Assembly (NCBI GenBank): GCA_008080735.1
Contig: SHMW01000016.1
Span: 1-64,000 of the forward strand
Direction: 5' to 3'
DNA length: 64,000 nt
Source of the DNA: Promethearchaeota archaeon
Lineage (GTDB): Archaea > Asgardarchaeota > Lokiarchaeia > Sigyniarchaeales > SOKP01
The position numbers and the translations under genes are program-made. The notes beneath the pieces were generated by a model, which searched no databases, was not told the DNA's origin, and saw only the letters and a list, made by a program, of their open reading frames with translations. Shown in pieces: positions 9,949-18,762 of this stretch (position 1 is the first letter of the stretch; each line of letters begins with the position of its first letter).

Positions 9949-11010
9949 ATGAGGGCATACCCATTTGCAATAATATATTTAGTTCCATTTTCCGTGATAT
10001 TAGGTTATCTTCTTGGAGAGTTTTTTGGAGGACATTTTGGAGGATTTTTAACATTTTTGACCCCTATTTTTGTCTTTATTGTAATTCCGCTTCTCGATGA
10101 GGTGCTTGGATACACCTATAAAAATCCAGATCCGCAAAAAGAAAAGGAACTGGGGAAGAAAAAATCATTTCGAGTAATAACTTGGTTCGCAATGCCGATA
10201 ACCATAGGATTAGTTATATGGGGCGCATACATCGTATCTCTCGAGAATCTTTCCATTATTGAATTTATAGGACTCACGATCTCTATTGGAATTTCCAGTG
10301 GAGTCTTAGGGATTAATACAGCACATGAAATGCAGCATCGGGTAAACAATAAGCTTGAACCCTTTCTTGCGAGATTGACTTTATTGCCATCTTTATATGT
10401 TCACTGGGGATTAGAACACGTAACAGGGCATCATCGTTGGGTCGCAACGCCCGAAGACCCCGCCACAGCCAGATTAAATCAATCATATTATAGTTTCTGG
10501 CCTCAAACGGTATTTGGCAGTTTCAAATCGGCCTGGAAATTCGAAAAGTCGAAGCTCACTCGTCAAAAAAAGCGTTTAATTTTTTTTCGAAACAGGGTGC
10601 TTCATTATGTGTTTTACGAAATTGCATTCATACTATTTATAGCATATTTCTTTGGCTTTTTTGCCCTCCTCTTCTTTATACTTCAAAGTCTTATAGCTAT
10701 ATCCCTATTAGAGATAATCAACTATATTGAACATTATGGGTTGTTAAGAAAAAAAGACTCCGAAGGTAATTATGAGAGAGTGAAGCCACATCATTCATGG
10801 AATTCGAGTAAACGATTGACGAACTGGTTTTTATTCAATCTCCAAAGACATTCAGACCATCATTATAAACCAGGAAGGCGATATCAACTTCTAAGACATT
10901 TTGATGAGGCACCCCAGCTACCGACTGGATACGCGGGAATGGTCTTAATTGCCTTGATTCCGCCTTTATTCAAACGGATTATAAATCCACGGATTCCAAC
11001 TAAAAGATAA
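9949..11010 (+). CDS. alkB: Alkane 1-monooxygenase (membrane di-iron AlkB family)
   Basis: All AlkB histidine boxes: HEMQH, EHVTGHH, NYIEHYGL, LQRHSDHH; also ATPEDPATAR, HSWN, PQLPTGY. Confidence 0.93.
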   Translation: MRAYPFAIIYLVPFSVILGYLLGEFFGGHFGGFLTFLTPIFVFIVIPLLDEVLGYTYKNPDPQKEKELGKKKSFRVITWFAMPITIGLVIWGAYIVSLENLSIIEFIGLTISIGISSGVLGINTAHEMQHRVNNKLEPFLARLTLLPSLYVHWGLEHVTGHHRWVATPEDPATARLNQSYYSFWPQTVFGSFKSAWKFEKSKLTRQKKRLIFFRNRVLHYVFYEIAFILFIAYFFGFFALLFFILQSLIAISLLEIINYIEHYGLLRKKDSEGNYERVKPHHSWNSSKRLTNWFLFNLQRHSDHHYKPGRRYQLLRHFDEAPQLPTGYAGMVLIALIPPLFKRIINPRIPTKR

Positions 11011-11104
11011 TTGATGGGAATATATTTCATTCATAAATTATAAAAATCATATTTTTAGTCTCAAACTGAACATAATTCAGTAACTCATATTGGTGAGGTA
11101 AGAA

Positions 11105-12169
11105 GTGAGAGAAAATGATTGGTTGTTATATGGGGCATATGGCTATACTGGGAAGTTAATTATCGACGAGGCTCTTAGGAAGGGACACACCCCCGTTCTT
11201 GCGGGCAGAAGTCCAAATAAACTCAAACCATTAGCAGAAGAAAAGCGATTAGATTATAGAATTTTTGATTTATCAGACCAAACAGAAATAAATGACAATC
11301 TCAAAGAGTTTGAAACCATTTTTAATGCTGCAGGGCCATTTGAAAAGACAAGTTTGCCGATAGTGAAAGGGTGTTTAGAAACGAGGACGAATTATCTTGA
11401 TATCACGGGAGAGATAGGTGTTTTCGAACAAAATTTTGCCTTTAATAAATCCGCGAAAGAAAAAGAAATCGCCCTTATTTCTGGAGTTGGATTTGATGTA
11501 GTACCAAGCGATTGTTTAGCTAAATATGTGAGTGAAAAAATACCGAATGCAACGCATTTAGAACTAGGAATTGCAGGAATGAGTGGTTTCAGTAGGGGGA
11601 CTCTTAAGACCTTTTTAAAAAATCTTCCACATGGAACAATTATCAGACAAAATAGGAAACTAGTTGCTCTGCCGTTAGGTACAAATCCAAAAAAAATTCA
11701 ATTTATGGATAAGAAACGGTTTTGTTATCCAATCTCGTGGGGTGATATCTCTACCGCATATAGATCGACGGATATAGACAATATTCGTGTTTATATGGCA
11801 CTTCCACAATATTTTAAATATTTCACTGGATCCTTGGAGCCATTATTAAAAAAAGTTTTTAAACTGGATTCGATACAAAAACTCGTAAGTACTTGGATCG
11901 AGAAGAATGTGGAAGGTCCCACTGAGAAGACTCGCCAGACAGCTCATTCATATTTATGGGCTAAAGCACATAACGAGGAAGGAAAAGTTTTTGAAGCGTG
12001 GCTTAAAACAATAGAACCATACCGACTTACCGCAATCTCTGCTATAAAATGCATAGAAAAACTGAGAACACGAAAAACAGAAATCAAAGGAACATTGACC
12101 CCTTCACAAGCATTTGGAAAGGATTTTATCTTGGAATTTCCCGATACCAAAATAGCAGATTCTTTATAG
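11105..12169 (+). CDS. Saccharopine-dehydrogenase-like NAD(P)-binding oxidoreductase (trans-acting enoyl reductase family)
   Basis: YGAYGYTG, AGR, NAAGPF, YLDITGE, GFDVVPSD. Confidence 0.85.
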   Translation: MRENDWLLYGAYGYTGKLIIDEALRKGHTPVLAGRSPNKLKPLAEEKRLDYRIFDLSDQTEINDNLKEFETIFNAAGPFEKTSLPIVKGCLETRTNYLDITGEIGVFEQNFAFNKSAKEKEIALISGVGFDVVPSDCLAKYVSEKIPNATHLELGIAGMSGFSRGTLKTFLKNLPHGTIIRQNRKLVALPLGTNPKKIQFMDKKRFCYPISWGDISTAYRSTDIDNIRVYMALPQYFKYFTGSLEPLLKKVFKLDSIQKLVSTWIEKNVEGPTEKTRQTAHSYLWAKAHNEEGKVFEAWLKTIEPYRLTAISAIKCIEKLRTRKTEIKGTLTPSQAFGKDFILEFPDTKIADSL

Positions 12170-12186
12170 CATTTATACCCATATCG

Positions 12187-13053
12187 CTAATTAAGAGCAG
12201 TATATATCATTTTTCTTTTCTCAAATCCCACGATTGAGTCATATCCGATTTTTTTTATTAAAGAAAGGACTCTCTCAAAGCCATACCCCACATCCTTAGG
12301 ATTATGTGCATCTGAACTCAATACAATTGGGATATTATACTCAAATAACTTCTCAACGACTTTTTTACATGGATATAATTTTTTATAGCAATTCCTTAGA
12401 CCTTGTGTGTTGATTTCCACCGCGACACCTCTTTCTTTAATATAAGGTATGAGATTACCTATCTCTTTTAAAATGAAATTATTTAAATTTGAGTTTTCCG
12501 AACCGTTTTTAATGTAATCTAAATGTCCGATTATATCCAGATCGAAGTTTTCTGACAAGAGCATCTTGTTTACATTATCAAAATATTGGGAATAGACACG
12601 TTTTGATCCATATTTCTTAATTAAATGCTTAAGATCTCCATTTTTAAGACTCCAATACCTATTCTTTAATTTTACAGTATGGACACTCCCAATAAGATAA
12701 TCAATACTCCCATTCAATTCTTCGATTCTTGGAAAATATTTATCTTCTTTTCCAGCTAAATAGCCTACTTCAAAACCTATTCTCACATTTATGTTTTGTT
12801 TATGTTTTTGCCGTAATAATTCCGCTTCTGCTAAGTAGGAGTTAACTTCCTCGTTTTTCATGGCAAATTGTTTTAGCCGGAGCGTATTGTCGGATTTTGA
12901 ATAATCTATAGGAAAATGATCGCTTAATCCTATTGTTCCTATAGATTTTTTATATGCGTTATAAATATATTCATCTAAATTTCCTGTGGCGTGATTACAT
13001 CGGTAATTATGTGTGTGAAAATCACCCACTTTTTTCAATATCGAACTCATCAT
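12187..13053 (-). CDS. Histidinol-phosphatase HisJ/HisK-family PHP hydrolase
   Basis: DFHTH, CNHATG, SDH, GSVH, GHLD, EINT, SSDAH. Confidence 0.85.
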   Translation of the reverse strand: MMSSILKKVGDFHTHNYRCNHATGNLDEYIYNAYKKSIGTIGLSDHFPIDYSKSDNTLRLKQFAMKNEEVNSYLAEAELLRQKHKQNINVRIGFEVGYLAGKEDKYFPRIEELNGSIDYLIGSVHTVKLKNRYWSLKNGDLKHLIKKYGSKRVYSQYFDNVNKMLLSENFDLDIIGHLDYIKNGSENSNLNNFILKEIGNLIPYIKERGVAVEINTQGLRNCYKKLYPCKKVVEKLFEYNIPIVLSSDAHNPKDVGYGFERVLSLIKKIGYDSIVGFEKRKMIYTALN

Positions 13054-13231
13054 GTAAAATATAGGTGAATAGAGATTTATTTTTAATCTCCATAATCTAT
13101 ATAGTAGAAATGAGATGATAATTGATTCAATATTTTATAAAAATTGCGTTTCTTTTCTGACAAAAATACTATTGACTTTGAAATGAGAATTGTGAGAGTT
13201 AGGTCAAGTATGATAAAAAAGATTGTTGATT

Positions 13232-13825
13232 TTACTTAAAGAAATCGCTGGGCTTAAGCAAATGGGGTTCTTCCTCCTCTTCTTGCTCTTTTTTAGCTTT
13301 TTCGTGTGGGTCTACCCATTCAGCCTCTTGCTGTTGACCTGCTGAAGCTTGTGCTTGGGATGATGAGGCTGGCTTTTTTAATCCCGGAGCATTTAAATCC
13401 GGAGAGATCTCCTCGGGTTGTTGTCCCACAGACACTTCTTGTGAGGATGCTGCAGCAGCTCTGGGCATCAAACCCCCTCCGCTTAATACTTGTAATTCAC
13501 TCATAATTTTTTCTAAATTCATAGTGGATAAGGAACGATTCATAGTGTCCATGATTTCCCTCAATGATTTCGATGTTTCTCTTAGTCCTTGAGGATTTAT
13601 TCCCGTTAATAAAGAATCTAAATTAGTATTAATATCCTCATTCAATTTCCCTAGAGAATCAAGGACAGTTTGCCAATGTTTATTCATTTGGCTTTCAATA
13701 GCTTTTACCATTTTAATGGTCTCATTCATAAAATTAACATGAGCTTCATACCGCTCTTCATCCTTAGCTCGCAGTTCGGAAATAAGCATAATTAATTTTC
13801 TTAAAGACTCTTTTTCTTCACTCAT
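13232..13825 (-). CDS. Hypothetical protein: coiled coil, low-complexity linker, short C-terminal motif
   Basis: 197-aa ORF with heptad-like N-terminal half, A/S/Q/P-rich linker and HLLKPSDFFK end. Confidence 0.7.
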   Translation of the reverse strand: MSEEKESLRKLIMLISELRAKDEERYEAHVNFMNETIKMVKAIESQMNKHWQTVLDSLGKLNEDINTNLDSLLTGINPQGLRETSKSLREIMDTMNRSLSTMNLEKIMSELQVLSGGGLMPRAAAASSQEVSVGQQPEEISPDLNAPGLKKPASSSQAQASAGQQQEAEWVDPHEKAKKEQEEEEEPHLLKPSDFFK

Positions 13826-13994
13826 TTGGTAATCAACTTTTTCTTAAATTATTTTTCTATTTTATAATAACAATCAATATTAATATATCTTGGTCTTTTA
13901 TACTTCCCACCTTTTCCATTTATATGCAAAAACAAGATTTATAATTTTTTATAAAACTGAATTATATATTTTTGTCCATATTTACACTTTTGTA

Positions 13995-16346
13995 ATGATG
14001 AAGGTTTTTCACTATAAAAAAAAATTAAATCTCAGCTTAGGAATCGTAATTATTTTCATTTTCTTATCTGGGATTAATGTGAATTCTTCTTTATTTTCTA
14101 AAGAAGTAACACCACCGTTCATTAATCTTGGATTAGAGAATATGAATTATGGAATTAGTTTAAATAATGCTCCCCAAATAAATATCAATACAAGTTCTGA
14201 ATTTCGTATGCATGAATTCGCTAATATAAGCTCATCTAAAGAGAACATCTCATCAATAGATATAAATGTCCCCTCTTCAGATTGGAATCTTACAAATATA
14301 GAACTTAATTTTACAGATATAAGGTTAAAACAGGAAACTATCACATTAGCTTCTCAAGATGATGTCTCCGATGTTTGGGTTTTAAAAAATGGAGAGTATG
14401 AACAATTAGCAATGCAGATGGAGGTCACTGAATCCATTAAGCTAATATCGATTGATATTTATGGATTTTCATCTCAAATCCCAGAAGTAGATGAAGTTTT
14501 TGTTAAAATCACGGGATGGGATGATGGTAATAATGAACCCGATACGACAAAAATCTATGGGGACACTATTCCCCTAAATATTTCCAATACTCCTCAATGG
14601 TTTGAGCAAAAATTTGCTGAACCCATAGATTTAGAACCTGATAATTATGCAATAGTATTGGATGGTTATCCCGAAATAGGAAATGATATCCAATATTATT
14701 GGTTTATAAACGAAACTAATCCTAATTCATTAACAATGAGTTATTGGGATTACAGGTTTTTTCAAGGAGGTTGGGATTGGTATAGTATTGCCGGAGATGT
14801 ATTTTGTCACAGGATAAACCAGTTTGCGAATCGATCTTATAGACCTACTGAAATAAATATGAGCGCTGTCATTAATGAAAAATCATATAGTATTTTGAAT
14901 GGTGTGGATGAGGGAATGGGTTATTTAAACCTCCCCAATTTAGATTTTCCCATACCGGGGACTATTTTGCAGATAGAGATCTCAACTAACGAATCAATTC
15001 AATTGAGCTTCAATTTAAATTACTCGCTCTCCATTAATGATTTTAAAAATGTCGATTTATGGTTAAAAATTGAGAAGGTCAAGGCGAATGAATGGATAAT
15101 TGTCCCGAATATAACAAGATATTCGTTTTATTATTCTGTAGCGTTTGAATTTCCGATTAATTGGAATAATGTTAATGTTTTTAGGAATGGTTTGAATATC
15201 TCGGAGGATTCGGGGGTATTATTTGAAAATGATATATTAACAATTGATAATAATACAATAACTCCAAATAGTACTTGGTTAATCTCGGCAAACAGCGAAC
15301 AAAAAGATTTTGCATTAAGTAGTTCCGCAATCACATTTAATCCCGCTGATAAACTGGAAATTAAGGCAGAAACCTCCTTTGGAAACGGAGAGCTTAGATT
15401 TTCTCTCATTGACAGCAATAATCAAGAAATATATGAGGAAATCAGATCGTTGAGTTTACCCACAGAAAAGTTTTCTTATGTGATAAGTTCTGGTGATAGG
15501 GCAGGTATCTGGAATGCGATATTAATTTGGTATAATCAAACAGATGCGGGATTTGCATCTTTAACATTTAATGTCGAATTACCGTTTGTTTTAGAACCTC
15601 TTTCAGTGTTTTTCATATCAATTGGGATCGTTGGAGCAGTGAGCTCTGGATATGGCTCTTATAAACTCATAAAAAGAAGGAAACAAACTGAAGCGATCAA
15701 GAAAAGAAAAATTATAGATAAATGTATGGATATTGTAAATTTGAAGAGTATTTTAGTAACGGATAGAAATAGTTCATTAACACTTTTTGAAGGAACTTAT
15801 GTCGAAAAAGGACTCGACTCTAATCTTATCTCAGGATTTTTACAAGCGATTCGCTCTTTTGGAATTGAATTGACAGAATCACAAGAATCTTCCCAAATCA
15901 TTAAACTTGAATATCAAAAATTAAAAATTATTATGGATGAGTATGGGGATTTTAGAATTATTCTTATTATGAAAGAAATTCCATCAATCGACTTTCTAGA
16001 TTCTGTCAAAGACCTTTCCTATGAGCTTAAAGAAAAATTTGAAAAGTATATAAGTAATTTTAATGGTAATATAAAACCTTTCAAATATATCGATAGATTA
16101 ATTGTGAAGCACCTTAACGGGGAATTACTTTATCCCTTAAAACTTGATAGAGCTGAGAATTCAAATATTACTACAGAAGAGAGAGCATTAATTTCCAAAA
16201 TTTCAGGTCTCTTAAAAACCAAAAATACAGATTATATATATTTTAAAGACATTGTAGAGGAAAAAGCTTGCTCACCCGAGGAAGTACTGTTAATAAATAG
16301 CTTAATTCAAAAGGGCATATTAAACCCAATCTTAAGCTTTAAGTAA
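13995..16346 (+). CDS. Membrane protein: N-terminal anchor/signal, large extracellular beta-rich region, TM helix, cytoplasmic longin-like domain and winged-helix-like tail
   Basis: Many N-x-S/T sequons; TM VFFISIGIVGAVSSGY followed by a KRRK cluster; LKSILV..SSLTLFE..DSNLISGFLQAIRSFG longin-like pattern; start set to ATG 13995. Confidence 0.7.
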   Translation: MMKVFHYKKKLNLSLGIVIIFIFLSGINVNSSLFSKEVTPPFINLGLENMNYGISLNNAPQININTSSEFRMHEFANISSSKENISSIDINVPSSDWNLTNIELNFTDIRLKQETITLASQDDVSDVWVLKNGEYEQLAMQMEVTESIKLISIDIYGFSSQIPEVDEVFVKITGWDDGNNEPDTTKIYGDTIPLNISNTPQWFEQKFAEPIDLEPDNYAIVLDGYPEIGNDIQYYWFINETNPNSLTMSYWDYRFFQGGWDWYSIAGDVFCHRINQFANRSYRPTEINMSAVINEKSYSILNGVDEGMGYLNLPNLDFPIPGTILQIEISTNESIQLSFNLNYSLSINDFKNVDLWLKIEKVKANEWIIVPNITRYSFYYSVAFEFPINWNNVNVFRNGLNISEDSGVLFENDILTIDNNTITPNSTWLISANSEQKDFALSSSAITFNPADKLEIKAETSFGNGELRFSLIDSNNQEIYEEIRSLSLPTEKFSYVISSGDRAGIWNAILIWYNQTDAGFASLTFNVELPFVLEPLSVFFISIGIVGAVSSGYGSYKLIKRRKQTEAIKKRKIIDKCMDIVNLKSILVTDRNSSLTLFEGTYVEKGLDSNLISGFLQAIRSFGIELTESQESSQIIKLEYQKLKIIMDEYGDFRIILIMKEIPSIDFLDSVKDLSYELKEKFEKYISNFNGNIKPFKYIDRLIVKHLNGELLYPLKLDRAENSNITTEERALISKISGLLKTKNTDYIYFKDIVEEKACSPEEVLLINSLIQKGILNPILSFK

Positions 16347-16378
16347 TTTTTTTCTTTATTCTCAAATTTCTATTTTGA

Positions 16379-17101
16379 GCATTCGATAGGATGCGAGAGC
16401 TCCAAGTAAATGTAGTCCCAGTAGTAGAGGATGGAAAAATATTGGGGGTGTGCACTATCCAAGATTGTTGGAGTTATATTCCTGATCAAATTGTAGATGA
16501 AGTTGGTCTTATACCTACTAAGAATACCAAAGTAGTGGAATTCTGGTTTGCGAGTGTCGCATCAATTCTTGCGTTTGTGTTGGGAGTTATTCTTCCTATG
16601 GCGGGTATCTTTGGGTTTTTTCAAGCTGACGAATCTGAACTCCTAAGTCTATTTAATATAGCTGATATTCGTGGTGGGATGGTCTCTTTTTATTTGTTTG
16701 AGGCGAGAGGTAATAATTTTTTAATTGCATTAGCAGATATCGTAGCCAATAATGGTGGAATCTGGATATTCGTGATAATTTGTAGTTTTCTTGTCTTAAT
16801 TTTTGGAATTTTAGGGATGTTCTCAATTATCTACAATTCTTTTATTGATATTCGGTACGTTCAGACAGGAAAGTTAATTCGATATATTATTCCCGCGCTC
16901 TTTGTTTTTGCTTTAATTTTAGAGTGGATATTTTATTCAATAGCATTGGCTTTTTCCGTGCCTTCTATTAATTATACTGTAGATGTAATAGGACTTATTA
17001 TGTCTATTTTATCAATGAGCTTGATGCTTTTGGCAATATTCCGTGATTACCTATTTCGCGGCAGCGAAGTCCAAAAACAAGGATTGCTCGAGGAGGTATA
17101 A
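16379..17101 (+). pseudogene. 5'-truncated CBS-domain membrane protein (may be expressed from ATG 16391)
   Basis: Frame reads AFDRMRELQVNVVPVVEDGKILGVCTIQD, the distal part of a CBS domain, directly after an in-frame TGA at 16376; about four TM helices follow. Confidence 0.55.
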
Positions 17102-17103
17102 AA

Positions 17104-18606
17104 ATGCCACGAGGAGGGGGAATTAGACGAACACGAATAGGTGGGATGAATGGTGGATTTAGAGGAGGAGGATTCCGAGGAGGTCCAGCTACATTTAGAT
17201 CTAGCACAATAAGAAGTTCTGGAAGGCCTTTTGGTAGAACAGGCGCCCCAAGAACGGTTTCTCGTAGCCCCTCAGGACCTTATCGCCATACATATTATAG
17301 GCCGAGACGAAGATATTATGGCTATTGGCGCTACCCGTGGTATCGAAGGTTCTGGTACTCTCCTTTTTGGGCAGGGTATCATTATAGGTCGTGGTACTAT
17401 TCTCCTGCATATGTAGGCGGAGGAATTGCTATATTTATGATTATGATGCTGATCATTTTACCAATAGCGGGAGTAGCATTCTTTTTTCCATTCGATAACG
17501 CAGATCCTTCTGGAAGGGTAAATTATCGATCCACGGAGACAATTTATTATAATGAGTATTGGTATGAATATGAATATATTGAAGCGGGAAATAGTATTAC
17601 GTATTCTATGCAATCTTCTCCAAGTGTGGTAAGCTTTGCCATCTGGGATCAACCATTTGAAGATTTGCCTACGGGGACGAGAACGGGGAATATGAATGAA
17701 ACGATCTTTAATATCCCAAATAATGGATATGAATATTGGACTACCTTTCTGAAAGCCGGATCTTCCCTCGAATATGCGTTTAATTCCAGTGTGAACGTAG
17801 ACTTTTTTATCGCAGATGCGTATGATTTATATTTATGGAATCAATATGATTTTTCCACCTTCTATAAGGAGGAGAATGATATAAATCAAAGTTCTGGGAC
17901 TTTTAGCATTACAGAAGCACAAGATTATTATTTAGTTTGGTATAATGAAGATTATTCATCTGTTGATGTAACCTACGATATTAACTACACCGCAGTAGAT
18001 GTGATCGATCTCAGCCAAGCTGAGGTGTATAATCAATCTATAACGTCAATCAGTCAATCTACGTTTGAAGTCCCAAATAATGGAAATTGGTATTTCTTCA
18101 TATATTTTGATCCAATGGATTCTCCCGAAGAATCCACTGAAATCACGTTCGATGTTACTTATGATACGGGAATCACTGCACGAGACAAATGGATTTCCAT
18201 TCAACCAATTTTAATAGTGATCGTAGTTATAATTGGTATTGTTATTGTCGCAGCATTTCTCGCTAGAAAAAGCCAGAAAAAAGCCAAGGAAAAGAAAATG
18301 GGGCTCAAAACCACAAGTCCGACTGCTCAAAAAGATATAGATGAAGAACCAAAAGCTATCTCACCATATAAAGTCAAACGTATTTCCGAAAATGAATGTT
18401 TACGATGTGGGGCAGAATTAAAACCGAACGCAAAGTTCTGTCATATCTGTGGTGGGAAAACAGAAGGTAGAAAAGTGGCAAGTAAATCGGTTATGACTCC
18501 AGTAGATTCTAAAAATTGTACATTTTGCGGAAACTCTATAAAACGTGATCAAAAATTCTGCACCTACTGTGGAACTGAGATATCTCAATCTAATACCTCG
18601 AAATAA
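17104..18606 (+). CDS. Two-TM membrane protein with RGG/Tyr-Arg-rich N-terminus, extracellular beta-sandwich repeats and C-terminal double zinc ribbon
   Basis: MPRGGG..GGFRGGGFRGG; two hydrophobic helices; CLRC..CHIC..CTFC..CTYC; GAGGAGGT SD. Confidence 0.75.
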   Translation: MPRGGGIRRTRIGGMNGGFRGGGFRGGPATFRSSTIRSSGRPFGRTGAPRTVSRSPSGPYRHTYYRPRRRYYGYWRYPWYRRFWYSPFWAGYHYRSWYYSPAYVGGGIAIFMIMMLIILPIAGVAFFFPFDNADPSGRVNYRSTETIYYNEYWYEYEYIEAGNSITYSMQSSPSVVSFAIWDQPFEDLPTGTRTGNMNETIFNIPNNGYEYWTTFLKAGSSLEYAFNSSVNVDFFIADAYDLYLWNQYDFSTFYKEENDINQSSGTFSITEAQDYYLVWYNEDYSSVDVTYDINYTAVDVIDLSQAEVYNQSITSISQSTFEVPNNGNWYFFIYFDPMDSPEESTEITFDVTYDTGITARDKWISIQPILIVIVVIIGIVIVAAFLARKSQKKAKEKKMGLKTTSPTAQKDIDEEPKAISPYKVKRISENECLRCGAELKPNAKFCHICGGKTEGRKVASKSVMTPVDSKNCTFCGNSIKRDQKFCTYCGTEISQSNTSK

Positions 18607-18762
18607 TTATAAAATTTCTTTTTTTAATTTATATTCATTCTCTTTTTAATTCCCTATTTGCTGGAAATAGAATTTGAATTCATAAGCAAATATTTTTAAA
18701 TTTAAGACTAATAATAGATGTTATAGTATTTTATTTTGAGAAATAATCGTATTAGAGGGAAT

